Assembly (NCBI GenBank): GCA_035714365.1
Contig: DASTMB010000098.1
Location: 70,005 to 134,004, forward strand
From: Mycobacteriales bacterium
GTDB taxonomy: Bacteria; Actinomycetota; Actinomycetes; BP-191
Reading direction: 5' to 3'
DNA: 64,000 bases
Both the position numbers and the translations under genes were made by a program. Below are positions 25,855-36,420 of this stretch, piece after piece; position 1 is the first letter of the stretch, and each line of letters starts with the position of its first letter. Below the pieces are notes generated by a model that had not been told where the DNA came from, searched no databases, and worked only from the letters and a program-made list of their open reading frames with translations.

Positions 25855-27093
25855 TCAGCAGTCGGTGGGGCCGAGCGAGGTGAGCACCTCGCCGGCGACG
25901 GCGCGGCCGGCGGCGAGGCCGGCCTGGTTGCTGAACTCGAAGTGCAGGCCGCCGACGACGCGCGACCGGCCGGCCTCCGCGGCGGCGGCCGAGAACGACG
26001 CGTACGTCCGCGGCTGGCCGGCGCCGGTGTCGAGCGAGAACGGCACCGCGTCGGTGCAGAGCACGCCGGCGAGCACGGTGGCCGCGGCGGCGCTGAACGA
26101 CGAGTGCCCCGACCAGTGCTCCGGCGACGAGCCGGCGGAGCCGCCGCGCGGCGACCACGACGGGTCGGCGACGGTGGCCGCGTTGCCGTCGGTGTCCGCC
26201 TCGCGGATCGCGGTGACGGGGCGCCAGGAGTGCCAGCGGTACTTGGTGGCGTACGTCGGCGCGACCGTGTCGGCCATCGCCATCGACTCCAGCGCGAGCA
26301 GCCGCGTGGTCCGCGCGAGCGGCCAGCCCGCGGCCAACGACGACGCGACGCCGAGCCAGGCGCCGGGCGGCTGGACGCTGTTCGCCCCGAGCGCCCAGAA
26401 GCGGTACGTCGCGAGTCGGCCCTCGTCCGGCGTGGCCGCGCTGCCCGCGTCGGTCACGTCGGCGAACGCCGCGGCGTACTCGGCGCTGGTCAGCGCCGGC
26501 GGCCCGGCGGAGACGTACCCGGCCGGGTCGGCGATCGCGAACGGCGCGAGGTTGCGGTACTGCACGCCGGACCACGACGCGCGGAACTCGCCGGGCGCGG
26601 TGCCGCCGGCCTGCGACGCCGCGGGCGCGGAGCCGTCGTTGGCACGGGCGTCGAGGACGCGCGCGGCGACCCGCGCGCCCCAGTCGCGGCCGAGCGTGGC
26701 CTGGCCCGGTGCGGTGACCGTGGCGAGGTCGGCGGCGAGGCGGGCGTCGTACGCCGCCGCGCGCGCCGGGTACAGGGCCGCGAGCACGTCGTGCGCGGCG
26801 CCCGCGGCGGCCGCCACGGGGTCGCCCGCGGCGCCGGGCGACGGCGGCACGAGCGCGGGCGCGTGCCGGTCGACGGTGGTGGGGAGGCCGTTGACGGCGT
26901 CGTACATCGCGACCTCGACCATCGCGTACAGCCGCGCCGCGGCCGCGTCGCCGCCGTTGGTCGCGCGCACGGTGTCGAGCGAGAGCGCCGTCCACGCGCG
27001 GGCGACGTCGCCGCTCGCCTGCGGCACCGCCGCGTGCGCGGGCGCCACCAGGACGGCGGCACCCGCGACGGCGGCGGCGAGGAGCTGCCTCAC
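25855..27093 (-). CDS. Secreted PAP2-superfamily protein, vanadium-dependent haloperoxidase/acid-phosphatase-like
   Basis: GTG start (overlaps the upstream stop by 4 nt) gives VRQLLAAAVAGAAVLVAPAHAAVP signal peptide. PAP2 active-site triad present: KYRWHSWRP (K-x6-RP), WSGHSS (SGH), SRVVGGLHFEFS (SR-x5-H). The track ORF adds 112 Arg-rich codons upstream. Confidence 0.6.
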   Translation of the reverse strand: MRQLLAAAVAGAAVLVAPAHAAVPQASGDVARAWTALSLDTVRATNGGDAAAARLYAMVEVAMYDAVNGLPTTVDRHAPALVPPSPGAAGDPVAAAAGAAHDVLAALYPARAAAYDARLAADLATVTAPGQATLGRDWGARVAARVLDARANDGSAPAASQAGGTAPGEFRASWSGVQYRNLAPFAIADPAGYVSAGPPALTSAEYAAAFADVTDAGSAATPDEGRLATYRFWALGANSVQPPGAWLGVASSLAAGWPLARTTRLLALESMAMADTVAPTYATKYRWHSWRPVTAIREADTDGNAATVADPSWSPRGGSAGSSPEHWSGHSSFSAAAATVLAGVLCTDAVPFSLDTGAGQPRTYASFSAAAAEAGRSRVVGGLHFEFSNQAGLAAGRAVAGEVLTSLGPTDC

Positions 27094-27362
27094 AGGTACG
27101 CGTACGGGTCGAGCACGCTGACCTCGGTGATGCTGTCCACCGGCAGGCCGTTGTGCTTGGCGACGAGGCGGATCGCCTCCGGGCTCGGCGCGTCGTAGAC
27201 GCAGAACGTCTTCTCCTTGTCGGTGGTCACGTACGAGTGGACCCAGGTGACGCTCTCCCGCGCGTTCGTGCCGATGACGGCGTCGCAGGTGGCGGCGCCC
27301 TCGGCGTTGCGGGGGATGTCGAGGCCGTCGGGGAAGGTGCGTTCGACCAGGTAGCGCGGCAT
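27090..27362 (-). CDS. DUF4242-like small protein (90 aa)
   Basis: MPRYLVERTFPDGLDIPRNAEGAATCDAVIGTNARESVTWVHSYVTTDKEKTFCVYDAPSPEAIRLVAKHNGLPV...; stop overlaps the PAP2 gene start (GTGA). Confidence 0.45.
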   Translation of the reverse strand: MPRYLVERTFPDGLDIPRNAEGAATCDAVIGTNARESVTWVHSYVTTDKEKTFCVYDAPSPEAIRLVAKHNGLPVDSITEVSVLDPYAYL

Positions 27363-27466
27363 CGCGGGCTCCTCGGGGAGTCGGGTGAAGGGGACGCCGC
27401 GACGCTACGAACGGGGCGGATGCCCGCACATCGGTACCTACTGCCCATGTCGGGCGGCGGCGGTAC

Positions 27467-30019
27467 CTACATCAGGCGGGCGGCGTCGGCGCGGGAGCGG
27501 ACGCCGAGCTTGCGCAGCACGGCCGACACGTGGTGGTCGACGGTGCGGCGGGAGACGACGAGCCGGTCGGCGATGGCGGCGTTCGACAGCCCCTCGCGGA
27601 CCAGCGACAGCACCTCGCGCTCGCGCTCGGTGAGGCCGAGCGGGTCGGCGCCGGTGGACGTCCGCGGCCCGCGCGGGATGCTCGTGGCGCCGAGCTCGCG
27701 CAGCTTCGCGGTGACCCGGCGCAGCAACGGCCCCGCGCCCAGCTCGCCGAGCACCCGCGCGGCGTCGCGCAGCGCCTCGACGTCGTCGCCCTCGTACGCC
27801 GCGAGCGCGGCCTCGTACCGGCAGCCGCGCGCGGTCCACAGCGCCGCCGCGCCGCGCCAGTCGCCGGCGACGAGCAGCGCCCACGGCTCCCCGGGCGGAC
27901 CGGTGACCTCGCCGGTGAGCCCGAACCGCCACGCCCACCCGCAGACCGGGCTGCCGAGGACCGACTCGGGCCGCGACCGGGCGACGGCCAGCGCCTCGTG
28001 CAGGTCGGGCGGCGGGTCGGTCGCGCCGTCGAGCCAGGCGGCCTCGGCGCACGCCGTGGCGACGTAGGCGTACCGCTGGAGCTCGCGGGTCTCGCGCGTC
28101 ACGGCCATGGCCTCGTCGAGGACCGGCCACACGCCGGGGTCGCCGCGGCGGGCCCGGACCCGGCCGAGCACGGACAGCGCGGTGACCCGCGAGACCGGCG
28201 CGCTGCCGGGGTGCGCGCGGACCTGCTCGGCGGCGCGCGTGGCGCCGGTCCAGTCGTCGTGCTCGGCGAGGTGCTGCGCGAGGAAGCCGAGCATGTACAC
28301 GCGCCACGCGTCGAGGTCGCGTTCCTCGCAGTACGCGATGCCGTCGGCGAGGGTCGGGCCGGCGATCGCGGCGTTCTGGCGGTTGACGGCGCAGGTGCCG
28401 AGGTTCGTGTACGCCCGCGCCACGTGCTCCTCGAGGCCGCGGTCGAGCGCCATGGCGAGGCTGCGCCGCAGCAGGTCGAAGCCCGCGTCGTCGCCGCTGC
28501 ACGCCCGCGCGGTGCCGACGTTGTTGAGGGCGTGCAGGACTGCCTCGTCGTCGCCGAGCGGCTCGGCCAGCGCCAGCGCGCGCTCGCCCCACGCGATCGT
28601 CTCCGCGAGGTCGCTGTCGAGCATCGCGAGCTGCGCGCGGGTGCTGTACGCCATCGCCAGCTCGTGCCCGGGGCCGAACGGTTCGAGCGCCTCGACCGCG
28701 GCCCGGCTGTACGCATCGGCGTCCTCGCGCCGCCCGGCGAACCACGACAGCCGCGACAGCCAGCGCATCGCGGCGCCCTCGCGGGCGCGGTCGCCGACCG
28801 AGCGCCAGCAGGCGAGCGCCTCCTCGTGCGCCTCCAGCGCCCAGAGCGGGCGGTCGGTGAGGTAGCACTCGAACGAGCGGCGTTCGAGCAGCTCCGCTCG
28901 CTCGGCCGGCTCGAGCGAGCCCGCGTGGCGCAGTGCCCGCGCGTACTGCCCGGCGGCCTCCACGTGCGCGCCGAGCGCGGCGGCGGCCTCGGCCGCGAGC
29001 GGCGCGTAGCGCAGCACGTCGGCCGCGAGGCCCGCCGCGTCGGCGTGGTGCGCGAGCCGCGCCGCGTCGGCGTCGGTGCGTTCGAGGGAGCGCAGCAACG
29101 CCTCGTGCAGCTCGCGCCGGCGCCCCGGCGGCACGGCGCTCTCGACGGCGAGCCGGCCCAGCTCGTGCCGGAACCGCACGCCGTCGCCGTCCGCCACCAG
29201 CACGCCCGAGTCGAGGCAGCGGTCGAGCGCGGCCGCGTCCTCGCCGGTGGCGCCGGCGAGGAGGCGGCGTTCGGCGCGGTACGGCACGAGCGACGCCGCG
29301 TCGGCGACGGCGCGCGCGTTCGCCGGGAGCCGCCCCACCCGCGCGAGCACGGCGTCGCGCACCGTCTCCGGGATCTCCGCCGAGCCCGCCGCGACGACCT
29401 CGGAGACGAAGAACGGGTTGCCGCCGGTCGCGCGGTACAGCGTCTCGCCGTCGAGGCCGTGCGTCGCCGCGATCGCGTCCACGGCGTCGCGGGAGAGCAG
29501 CGGGACGTGCAGCCGGCGGACGGCCGCCGCGCCGGCGAGGTCGCCGAGCACCAGGCGGAGCGGGTGGGTGGCGGTCACCTCGTCGTCGCGGTACGTCGCC
29601 ACCAGCAGCACCGGAACGTCGCCCAGCCGGCGGCCGAGGAACCGCAGCAGGTCCAGCGTCGCCTCGTCGGTCCAGTGGACGTCCTCGAACACCACGACGC
29701 GCGGCGTCTCGCGCAGCGCGGCGAGCACGTGCGCGAACGTGTCGTGCGGCGCGGCGTGCGGCGCGAGGTCGACGCCGAGCTCGCCCGCGACGTCGCGCAG
29801 CGGGCCGAGCGGCCGCGGCGTGTCCAGCGGGTCGCACGCGCCGACCAGCACCGGCACCCGCGCGTCCTCCGCGAGCGCCCGGACCAGCGACGTCTTGCCG
29901 GCGCCCGCCTCGCCGCCGACCAGCGCCATCCGCCCGGCACCCGCGGCGGCCTCGTCCAGCCAGCCGCCGAGCTCGCGCCGGAGGCCGGCGCGTTCGAGCA
30001 GGTCCACGCGCGCATTCAA
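27467..30019 (-). CDS. Large LuxR-family transcriptional regulator (AAA/P-loop NTPase + TPR-like + C-terminal GerE HTH)
   Basis: [19 protein letters not shown] (Walker A), [15 protein letters not shown], a long helical region, and the C-terminal [45 protein letters not shown] (LuxR/GerE HTH). 850 aa. Confidence 0.75.
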   Translation of the reverse strand: MNARVDLLERAGLRRELGGWLDEAAAGAGRMALVGGEAGAGKTSLVRALAEDARVPVLVGACDPLDTPRPLGPLRDVAGELGVDLAPHAAPHDTFAHVLAALRETPRVVVFEDVHWTDEATLDLLRFLGRRLGDVPVLLVATYRDDEVTATHPLRLVLGDLAGAAAVRRLHVPLLSRDAVDAIAATHGLDGETLYRATGGNPFFVSEVVAAGSAEIPETVRDAVLARVGRLPANARAVADAASLVPYRAERRLLAGATGEDAAALDRCLDSGVLVADGDGVRFRHELGRLAVESAVPPGRRRELHEALLRSLERTDADAARLAHHADAAGLAADVLRYAPLAAEAAAALGAHVEAAGQYARALRHAGSLEPAERAELLERRSFECYLTDRPLWALEAHEEALACWRSVGDRAREGAAMRWLSRLSWFAGRREDADAYSRAAVEALEPFGPGHELAMAYSTRAQLAMLDSDLAETIAWGERALALAEPLGDDEAVLHALNNVGTARACSGDDAGFDLLRRSLAMALDRGLEEHVARAYTNLGTCAVNRQNAAIAGPTLADGIAYCEERDLDAWRVYMLGFLAQHLAEHDDWTGATRAAEQVRAHPGSAPVSRVTALSVLGRVRARRGDPGVWPVLDEAMAVTRETRELQRYAYVATACAEAAWLDGATDPPPDLHEALAVARSRPESVLGSPVCGWAWRFGLTGEVTGPPGEPWALLVAGDWRGAAALWTARGCRYEAALAAYEGDDVEALRDAARVLGELGAGPLLRRVTAKLRELGATSIPRGPRTSTGADPLGLTEREREVLSLVREGLSNAAIADRLVVSRRTVDHHVSAVLRKLGVRSRADAARLM

Positions 30020-30025
30020 CAGCGA

Positions 30026-31300
30026 CTACGCCCCGGCGTCGCCGCCGAGCAGCGCGGAGGCGTCGTAGAGGACGCGCAACGGCACCTTCGCCTCCGCCAC
30101 GAACCCGGCCCGCAGCGCGCGCTCCTCGCGGGCGGCGCGCTCGTAGCCGGCGGCGGTGCGGCGGGCGATCGCGTCCCACGTGTAGTCGCGCGCGAGCAGC
30201 TCGCGCGCGTCGCGGACGAGGCGTTGCGCGAGCACCTCGTCGCGGAGGATGCCGGTGACGGCGTCGGCGAGCGCCGCGGGGTCGCCGGGCGGGAACCGCA
30301 GGCCGGTGACCCCCGGGGACACGAACTCCCGCAGCCCGCCCGTGTCGGCGACGACGAGCGGCGTGCCCGCCGCCGCGCACTCCAGCGCGACCATGCCGAA
30401 CGGCTCGTACAGCGACGGCACGACCGCGCACCGCGCGGCGGCGGCGAGGACGGCGAGCTCCTCCGGCGACAGGAAGCCGAGGAACTCCACCGCGCGGCCG
30501 ACGCGCAGCGACCGCGCCATCGCCCGCAGCTCCGCCTCGTGCGTGCCGACGCCGGCGATGACGAGGCGCACGCCGGGGTGCCGGCGGCGCAGCCGGGGGA
30601 GCGCCTGGAGGACGGTCTGCACGCCCTTCTCGTACTCGAGGCGGCCGGCGTAGAGCAGCAGCGGCGCGCCGTCCGGGGCGAGCCGCGCGCGCAGGGCGGC
30701 GACCCGCTCGGCGTCGGCGTGCCAGTGGGCGAGGTCGATGCCGTTGGGGACGACGTCGACCTTCTCCGGCGGCAGCGCGAACAGCCGCAGCACCTCGTCG
30801 CGCATGTACGCCGAGCAGGTCACGACCCGCCGCGCCTCGTAGGTGAGCCACCACTCGACGGAGTGGATCGCGCGGTTGACCGGCCCCGGCAGGTACCCCT
30901 GGTGGCGGCCCGCCTCGGTCGCGTGGACGGTCGCCACGAGCGGTGCGCCGGTGTGGTCCTTCAGCGTCTTCGCCGCGTGCGCGACCAGCCAGTCGTGCGC
31001 GTGCACGACGTCCGGGTCGAACTCGTCCAGCACCCGCAACGCCGCCCGCGTGATCGAGTGGTTGAACGCCATCACCCAGGCGAGCAGCTCCTCGAACGGC
31101 ACGAGCGGCGGGTCCTCGGCGACCCGCACGACGCGCACGCCCTCGACCACGGCGTCGGCGGGCGCGTCCGGGTGGTCGCGGCTGACGACGACGACGGCGT
31201 GCCCCTCCCGCACGAGGGAGGTGGCCAGCGCGTGGACGTGCCGGCCCAGCCCGCCGACGACCCGCGGCGGGTACTCCCAGGACAGCATGAGGACGTTCAT
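30026..31300 (-). CDS. GT4-family alpha-glucosyltransferase (GlgA / Rv3032-like)
   Basis: MNVLMLSWEYPPRVVGGLGRHVHALATSLVREGHAVVVV (GT4 N-terminus), and C-terminal EPFGMVALECAAAGTPLVVADTGG (E-x7-E region). Start at the conserved Met (codon 116 of track ORF 30026..31645). Ends 7 nt before the LuxR regulator gene. Confidence 0.75.
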   Translation of the reverse strand: MNVLMLSWEYPPRVVGGLGRHVHALATSLVREGHAVVVVSRDHPDAPADAVVEGVRVVRVAEDPPLVPFEELLAWVMAFNHSITRAALRVLDEFDPDVVHAHDWLVAHAAKTLKDHTGAPLVATVHATEAGRHQGYLPGPVNRAIHSVEWWLTYEARRVVTCSAYMRDEVLRLFALPPEKVDVVPNGIDLAHWHADAERVAALRARLAPDGAPLLLYAGRLEYEKGVQTVLQALPRLRRRHPGVRLVIAGVGTHEAELRAMARSLRVGRAVEFLGFLSPEELAVLAAAARCAVVPSLYEPFGMVALECAAAGTPLVVADTGGLREFVSPGVTGLRFPPGDPAALADAVTGILRDEVLAQRLVRDARELLARDYTWDAIARRTAAGYERAAREERALRAGFVAEAKVPLRVLYDASALLGGDAGA

Positions 31301-31391
31301 CGGTGGGAATGCTCCCAGGTGCGCACGGCGGCGGCGAACGCGGGTCACGTTTCGGCGAAGGGGCGGACAGGACGGGGGTGGGGGCGGTTCC

Positions 31392-33206
31392 ATGACGGAC
31401 GGAGGCGCGCGCATCCGCGCGTGGACGAGCATGAGCCGACCCGGGGTGGTCGGGTCCGAGGCGCTGTTCGAGGACCCGCACACGGACGGCCGCATGCGCG
31501 CGCTGATCCCCCGGTTCGCGTTCCTCGGCGCGGCGGCGTACGTCGTCGTGGCCGGGCTGGCCAGCCGGTCGGCGACCGAGCTGGTGGCGCTCGGCGTGGT
31601 GCTCGTCGTGACGCTGGCGCTGACGGTGCTGCTCGCGCGCGGCACGGTGCTGTCGCGGGTGTCGCGGCGGACGGTGTTCGTGGTGCTGGTGACCTACGCC
31701 GCGCTGATCGCGGTGCCGACCACCGACCACGACGCCGTGCTGCTGCTGGACGAGATCCTCCAGGTGCTGGCCGTGCTCTTCGGCGCGGTGTTCTTCGCCG
31801 GATGGGCGCGGTTCGGGACGCCGCTGTCGATCGCCGTCGTGGTGCACCTGGTGCTGACGGCCGGGGGGAAGGGGTCGTGGGGCGAGCTCGGCGCGCACGT
31901 CGCCGGGTACGTGCTCGTCGGCTACTTCGGCAGCGAGGTCGCGTCGACGCTGCGCGAGTCGCTGCGCGCCAACCGCGCGATCCACTCGGTGCTCGAGGCG
32001 GCCACCGGCGAGCTGGCCGAGGAGGACATCGCGGCGATCGGGCTGCGCGCGGCGCTGGTGGTGTCGCGGTTCGAGGCCGGCGCGGTGACGCTCGCCGACG
32101 GCGAGGCGTTGCGGGTCGTCGCGACGAGCGGGTTCCCCGAGGTGGTCGTCGACGACCTGCCGCCGCTGCGGGTCGACGGGCCGGGCCTGTCGGCCGCGGT
32201 CGTGCGTAGCGGGGAGCCGTTGTACGTCGAGGAGGCCGGCGAGCTGCTCGGTGCCGAGCAGGCGGTGATGCGCTGGGGCGCGCGGTGCCTCGCGGGCGTG
32301 CCGGTGCGCTACCACGGCGAGGTGATCGGCACGGTGACGCTCTGCCACCGGTCGCCGCGCGGGTTCGCCGACGCCGACCGGCACCGCGTCGCGCAGGTCG
32401 CCGAGCAGCTCGGCCTCGCCCTCGGCAACGCCCGCGCGTACCGCCGCGAGGCCGCCGTCGCCGCGCGGCTGCTCGACCTGAACCGCCGCAAGGACGAGTT
32501 CCTCGCCAACGTCTCCCACGAGCTGCGCACGCCCGCCACGTCGCTGGGGCTGGCGGCGCGGACGTTGCATGCCGGGCGCGGCCGGCTCACCGAGGAGCAG
32601 GAGGCGCGGATCGTCGAGATGATGCGCCGCCGCTCCGCGGAGCTGACCGGGCTGATCGAGGCGCTGCTCGCCGAGACCGTCGCGGCCAGCGGGCAGACGC
32701 GGCTGGAGACGCAGCCGGTGGACTGGGCGGAGGCGCTGCCGCGGTGGGTCGCCGCCGCCGAGGACGTCACCGGCCGCCACGTCGACCTGGAGCTGCCGGA
32801 CGCGCCGGTGGTGTCGTTCGCGGACCCGGCGAAGTGCGAGCGGATCGTCGGCAACCTGCTCTCCAACGCCACGAAGTTCTCCGAGCCGGACACGCCCGTC
32901 ACCTGCCGCCTCGACGCGGACGCGGACGCGGTGCGGGTGACCGTCACCGACCGCGGCGTGGGCATCGCGGAGCACGTGCTGCCGCACGTGTTCGACCGGT
33001 TCTTCCAGGGCGACGGCTCGTCCACCCGCGCGCACGGCGGGCTCGGCATCGGGCTGTCGCTGGTGCGGCACTTCGCCCAGGCGCACGGCGGGTCGGTCGA
33101 CATCGCGTCGACGGAGGGCGTGGGGACGACGGTCACCGTGACGCTGCCGCGCGACGTGGCGGGGGCCGCCCCGCGGCTGTCGGTGGTCCCGCCGCTCGGG
33201 GCCTAG
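31392..33206 (+). CDS. Sensor histidine kinase (N-terminal TM region + GAF-like domain + HisKA + HATPase_c)
   Basis: Several hydrophobic helices at the N-terminus, a GAF-like segment, H-box FLANVSHELRTP, N/G boxes (LLSNATKF..., TDRGVGIA, GGLGIGLSLV). Divergent from the GT4 gene (91-bp spacer); its stop overlaps the GH57 gene stop. Confidence 0.7.
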   Translation: MTDGGARIRAWTSMSRPGVVGSEALFEDPHTDGRMRALIPRFAFLGAAAYVVVAGLASRSATELVALGVVLVVTLALTVLLARGTVLSRVSRRTVFVVLVTYAALIAVPTTDHDAVLLLDEILQVLAVLFGAVFFAGWARFGTPLSIAVVVHLVLTAGGKGSWGELGAHVAGYVLVGYFGSEVASTLRESLRANRAIHSVLEAATGELAEEDIAAIGLRAALVVSRFEAGAVTLADGEALRVVATSGFPEVVVDDLPPLRVDGPGLSAAVVRSGEPLYVEEAGELLGAEQAVMRWGARCLAGVPVRYHGEVIGTVTLCHRSPRGFADADRHRVAQVAEQLGLALGNARAYRREAAVAARLLDLNRRKDEFLANVSHELRTPATSLGLAARTLHAGRGRLTEEQEARIVEMMRRRSAELTGLIEALLAETVAASGQTRLETQPVDWAEALPRWVAAAEDVTGRHVDLELPDAPVVSFADPAKCERIVGNLLSNATKFSEPDTPVTCRLDADADAVRVTVTDRGVGIAEHVLPHVFDRFFQGDGSSTRAHGGLGIGLSLVRHFAQAHGGSVDIASTEGVGTTVTVTLPRDVAGAAPRLSVVPPLGA

Positions 33207-34687
33207 AACGCGCGCGCGTCGAGGTGGCCGAACGGCCCGTCGACCGCGCGCAGCCGCTCGGCCACGGCCGCGCCGCGCCCGGCCTCGACCGCCTGCGCCA
33301 GCTCGTGGAACCGCGCGACGTGCGCCGCGTGCCGCCCCCGCGCGTACTCCGCCGCCGTGTCCTTCGAGACGCAGAACGCCCAGTCGCTCGACATGACGAG
33401 GAACGCCTCCCGCGCGAGCTGGTCCAGCGCCGCGTCGCGGCCGCCGCGCGGGTCGCGGCCGTCCACCGCCTTGAGCAGGCGGCGTTGCACGTCGTGCGAC
33501 TCGCCCAGCAGGTCCGGCACCTCCCAGACGTGCCAGTCCTTGCCGGACCCCCACGAGCCCGGCTGGAGGTCGACCGACCGCTCGGCGTCGGCGCGCGCCT
33601 CGCGCAGCGTCGTCAGCCGGACGCCGGCCTCCGGCAGCAGCCGCAGCACGCGTTCCAGCCAGGCCGGCCCCTCGTGCCACCAGTGGCCGAACAGCTCGGT
33701 GTCGTACGCGACGACGGTCATCCCCGGGCGCCCGCGCTCGCGCCCGATCGCGGTGAGCCGCTCGACCACCACGCGCACGAAGTCCTCGGCGTCGCGCTCG
33801 ACCGCGAGCGCCGCCCGGGCAGGGTCGTACGGCCGCTTCTCCTCCGGCGGCGTCCGCGTGCTGGTGACCCGCGCGGGCCGCAGCCCGCTGCCGTGGTCGA
33901 ACGTGTGGAAGTCGCGGTACCACCGCCCGCCCGGGTAGCCCGAGCGCGGCGACCAGACCCGGTACGTCACGTCCAGGTCGCGGCCGAACACGACGACGTC
34001 GCCGTCGCCGACCCGGCGCGGCGCGGTCGTGTCGACGCCGCTGCCGAGCAGCGTCGGGCCGTCGGCGACGAAGTGGGTGACACCCGCGGCGGCGTAGTGG
34101 CGTTCCAGGCCGGGCGCGTAGCCGCACTCCGGCGCCCAGATGCCCTCCGGCCGCGCGCCGAGGCGGATCGCGGCGTCGTCCAGGCCGGTCCGGAGCTGCG
34201 CGCGGACCAGCCGCTCGTCCGCGAGCAGCGGCTGGAACGGGTGCGTCGCCGGCCCGCCGAGCAGCTCCACGACGCCGCTGTCCCGCAACGCCCGCAGCAC
34301 CGGCGCGCCGCCGTGGCGCCAGCGGCGTTCGAACCGGTCCAGCGCGTGCGACGCGAGCCGCCACTCGTACGCCGCCGTCTCCTTGAGCGCCGCGTCCGCG
34401 CCGGGCCGCGCGGCGAGCGAGGCGGCGCGGACCTGCCAGGTGCCGAGCCAGGTGTGGTGCTGGCGCAGCAGGTACGGGTCGTCCAGCATCGCCGCGACGA
34501 CGGGCGTGACGCCGAGGGTGAGCACGTCGGTGCGGCCGTCGCCGGCGAGGCGTTCGAGCACCTCGGTCACCGGGTCGTAGGAGGTCGCCCACGCCTGGTG
34601 CAGCCACTCCTCGCCGACCGGCCAGGCGCCGGCGTGCGCGAGCCAGGGCAGGTGCGTGTGCAGGACGACGCAGCAGGTCCCGATCAT
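33203..34687 (-). CDS. GH57-family 1,4-alpha-glucan branching enzyme (Rv3031-like, DUF1957 C-terminal domain)
   Basis: MIGTCCVVLHTHLPWLAHAG... matches the GH57 N-terminal HTHLPW signature; ~494 aa. ATG overlaps the stop of the upstream methyltransferase (ATGA). Confidence 0.75.
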   Translation of the reverse strand: MIGTCCVVLHTHLPWLAHAGAWPVGEEWLHQAWATSYDPVTEVLERLAGDGRTDVLTLGVTPVVAAMLDDPYLLRQHHTWLGTWQVRAASLAARPGADAALKETAAYEWRLASHALDRFERRWRHGGAPVLRALRDSGVVELLGGPATHPFQPLLADERLVRAQLRTGLDDAAIRLGARPEGIWAPECGYAPGLERHYAAAGVTHFVADGPTLLGSGVDTTAPRRVGDGDVVVFGRDLDVTYRVWSPRSGYPGGRWYRDFHTFDHGSGLRPARVTSTRTPPEEKRPYDPARAALAVERDAEDFVRVVVERLTAIGRERGRPGMTVVAYDTELFGHWWHEGPAWLERVLRLLPEAGVRLTTLREARADAERSVDLQPGSWGSGKDWHVWEVPDLLGESHDVQRRLLKAVDGRDPRGGRDAALDQLAREAFLVMSSDWAFCVSKDTAAEYARGRHAAHVARFHELAQAVEAGRGAAVAERLRAVDGPFGHLDARAF

Positions 34688-35466
34688 CGGCGGACGGCCA
34701 CCGCGACCAGGTCGAGGCTGGTGTCGACGCCCTCGGGCGTGATCGCGAAGTCGTCCGCCGTGACCCGCCGCACCATCTCCCGCACGCCCGCCGGCCACCC
34801 CTCCGGCGACGACGCGAGCTGCGCGCCGACGAGCGGGCCGCGGCGGCGTTCCCAGCGCTCGATCCGGCGGCCGTGCCGGACGCCGAGCATCCGCGTCACC
34901 GCGAACCGCGGCGCCAGCAGCTCGTGCAGCTCGCGCGCCGACAGCTCACGGGTGTGGAACGGGTTCAACGGCGTGTCCCGGCCCGGCGAGAATGTCAGCC
35001 GGTTCGGCGTCGTGACGACGAGCGTCCCCGCCGGCCGCAGCACGCGCGCGCACTCGGCGACGAACCCCGGCTGGTCGTGCAGGTGCTCGATCGTCTGGAG
35101 GCTCACGACCACCTCGGCCGCGCCGTCGGCGACCGGGAGGCGTTGCAGGTCGCAGTGGACCGGCGTGACCCCGGGGTAGCTGTCGCGGACGTGCGCGAGC
35201 ACGTCCGGCGCGTAGTCGAGCGCGACGACCGCGCGCGCCGCCCGCCGCAGGAACGCCGCGCCGTACCCCTCGCCGCAGCCCGCGTCGACCACGAGTGCGC
35301 CCGCGCACCACGGCGCGAGCCACCGGTAGGCGACCTCGTGGCGGCGGAACCAGTAGTTCTCGTCGGCGATGCCGGGGAGCGTCCGCTCGCCCGTCAACGT
35401 CAGCCCGGTCACGCCCGCACGGTACCGGCCGGTTCGCCGGACACGCCCGCCGGGGAGGCGGTACAA
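34684..35466 (-). CDS. SAM-dependent methyltransferase (Rv3030-like)
   Basis: VVDAGCGEGYGAAFL (motif I), VVVSLQTIEHL, LRPAGTLVVTTP. The start is uncertain: ATG 35466 or GTG 35412. Confidence 0.65.
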   Translation of the reverse strand: MYRLPGGRVRRTGRYRAGVTGLTLTGERTLPGIADENYWFRRHEVAYRWLAPWCAGALVVDAGCGEGYGAAFLRRAARAVVALDYAPDVLAHVRDSYPGVTPVHCDLQRLPVADGAAEVVVSLQTIEHLHDQPGFVAECARVLRPAGTLVVTTPNRLTFSPGRDTPLNPFHTRELSARELHELLAPRFAVTRMLGVRHGRRIERWERRRGPLVGAQLASSPEGWPAGVREMVRRVTADDFAITPEGVDTSLDLVAVAVRR

Positions 35467-35623
35467 CGGCGCCGTGAGGCGTCTCCCGCTGCTCGCCGCT
35501 CCCGCGCCGTTGCTCGTCGCCGTCCGGTCCGGGTCGCGGCGGTGGGGTACTTCCGGCTGCGGCGGCCGGACCCGACACCAGTGTCGGTTTGACTGCTAGC
35601 CGCCAGCAAGCAACCCTTCGCGC

Positions 35624-36406
35624 ATGAACATCGTGGTGTGCGTGAAGCAGGTCCCGGACACGTGGGCCGAGAAGCGGCTCGACCCCACCGACAAGACCGT
35701 CGACCGCGCCGGTGTCGACGGCGTCATGAACGAGATCGACGAGTACGCCGTCGAGGAGGCGCTCCGGCTCAAGGAGGCCCACGGCGGCGAGGTCACCGTC
35801 CTGACGATGGGTCCGGCCAAGGCCGTCGAGACGATCCGCAAGGCGCTGTCCATGGGCGCCGACAAGGCGGTCCACGTCAGCGACGACGCGCTCCACGGCA
35901 CCGACGCGCTCGGCACCTCGCACGCGCTCGCCAAGGCCCTCGGCACCATCGAGGGCTGGGACCTCGTCATCGCCGGCTCCGAGTCGACGGATGCGCGGAT
36001 GTCCGTCGTGCCCGCGATGCTCGCCGAGCAGCTCGGCGTCCCGCAGCTCACCATGGCGCGCAAGGTCACCGTCGAGGGCGGCACCGTCCGCATCGAGCGG
36101 CAGACCGAGTCCGGCTACGACGTCGTCGAGGCGGCGACGCCCGCCGTCGTCTCCGTCGTCGAGAAGATCAACGAGCCGCGGTACCCGTCGTTCAAGGGGA
36201 TCATGGCCGCGAAGTCCAAGCCGCTCACCACGCTCACCGTCGCCGACGCCGGCATCGATACCTCGCTCGTCGGGCTCGGTGGCGCGAAGACCGAGGTCGT
36301 GGAGTTCGCGGCCCGCCCGCCGCGCGAGAGCGGCACCATCGTCAAGGACGAGGGCGACGGCGGCACCAAGCTCGCCGAGTTCCTCCAGTCGCAGAAGTTC
36401 ATCTAG
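35624..36406 (+). CDS. etfB: Electron transfer flavoprotein beta subunit
   Basis: MNIVVCVKQVPDTWAEKRLDP...VLTMGPAKA... is the canonical EtfB. Confidence 0.9.
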   Translation: MNIVVCVKQVPDTWAEKRLDPTDKTVDRAGVDGVMNEIDEYAVEEALRLKEAHGGEVTVLTMGPAKAVETIRKALSMGADKAVHVSDDALHGTDALGTSHALAKALGTIEGWDLVIAGSESTDARMSVVPAMLAEQLGVPQLTMARKVTVEGGTVRIERQTESGYDVVEAATPAVVSVVEKINEPRYPSFKGIMAAKSKPLTTLTVADAGIDTSLVGLGGAKTEVVEFAARPPRESGTIVKDEGDGGTKLAEFLQSQKFI

Positions 36407-36420
36407 GGAGCGCGTACTTC

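Noticed and set aside
27438-34607. 2389-aa minus-strand ORF in the track
   Set aside because: Arg/Ala/Gly/Pro-rich off-frame read-through typical of >70% GC DNA. It spans several well-supported genes on both strands (LuxR regulator, GT4, histidine kinase, GH57) and has no domain signal of its own.
35467-35623. Possible TTGACT -35-like box and short palindrome (ACAC-nn-GTGT) upstream of etfB
   Set aside because: Too short and degenerate to call a promoter or operator without a TSS or comparative data.
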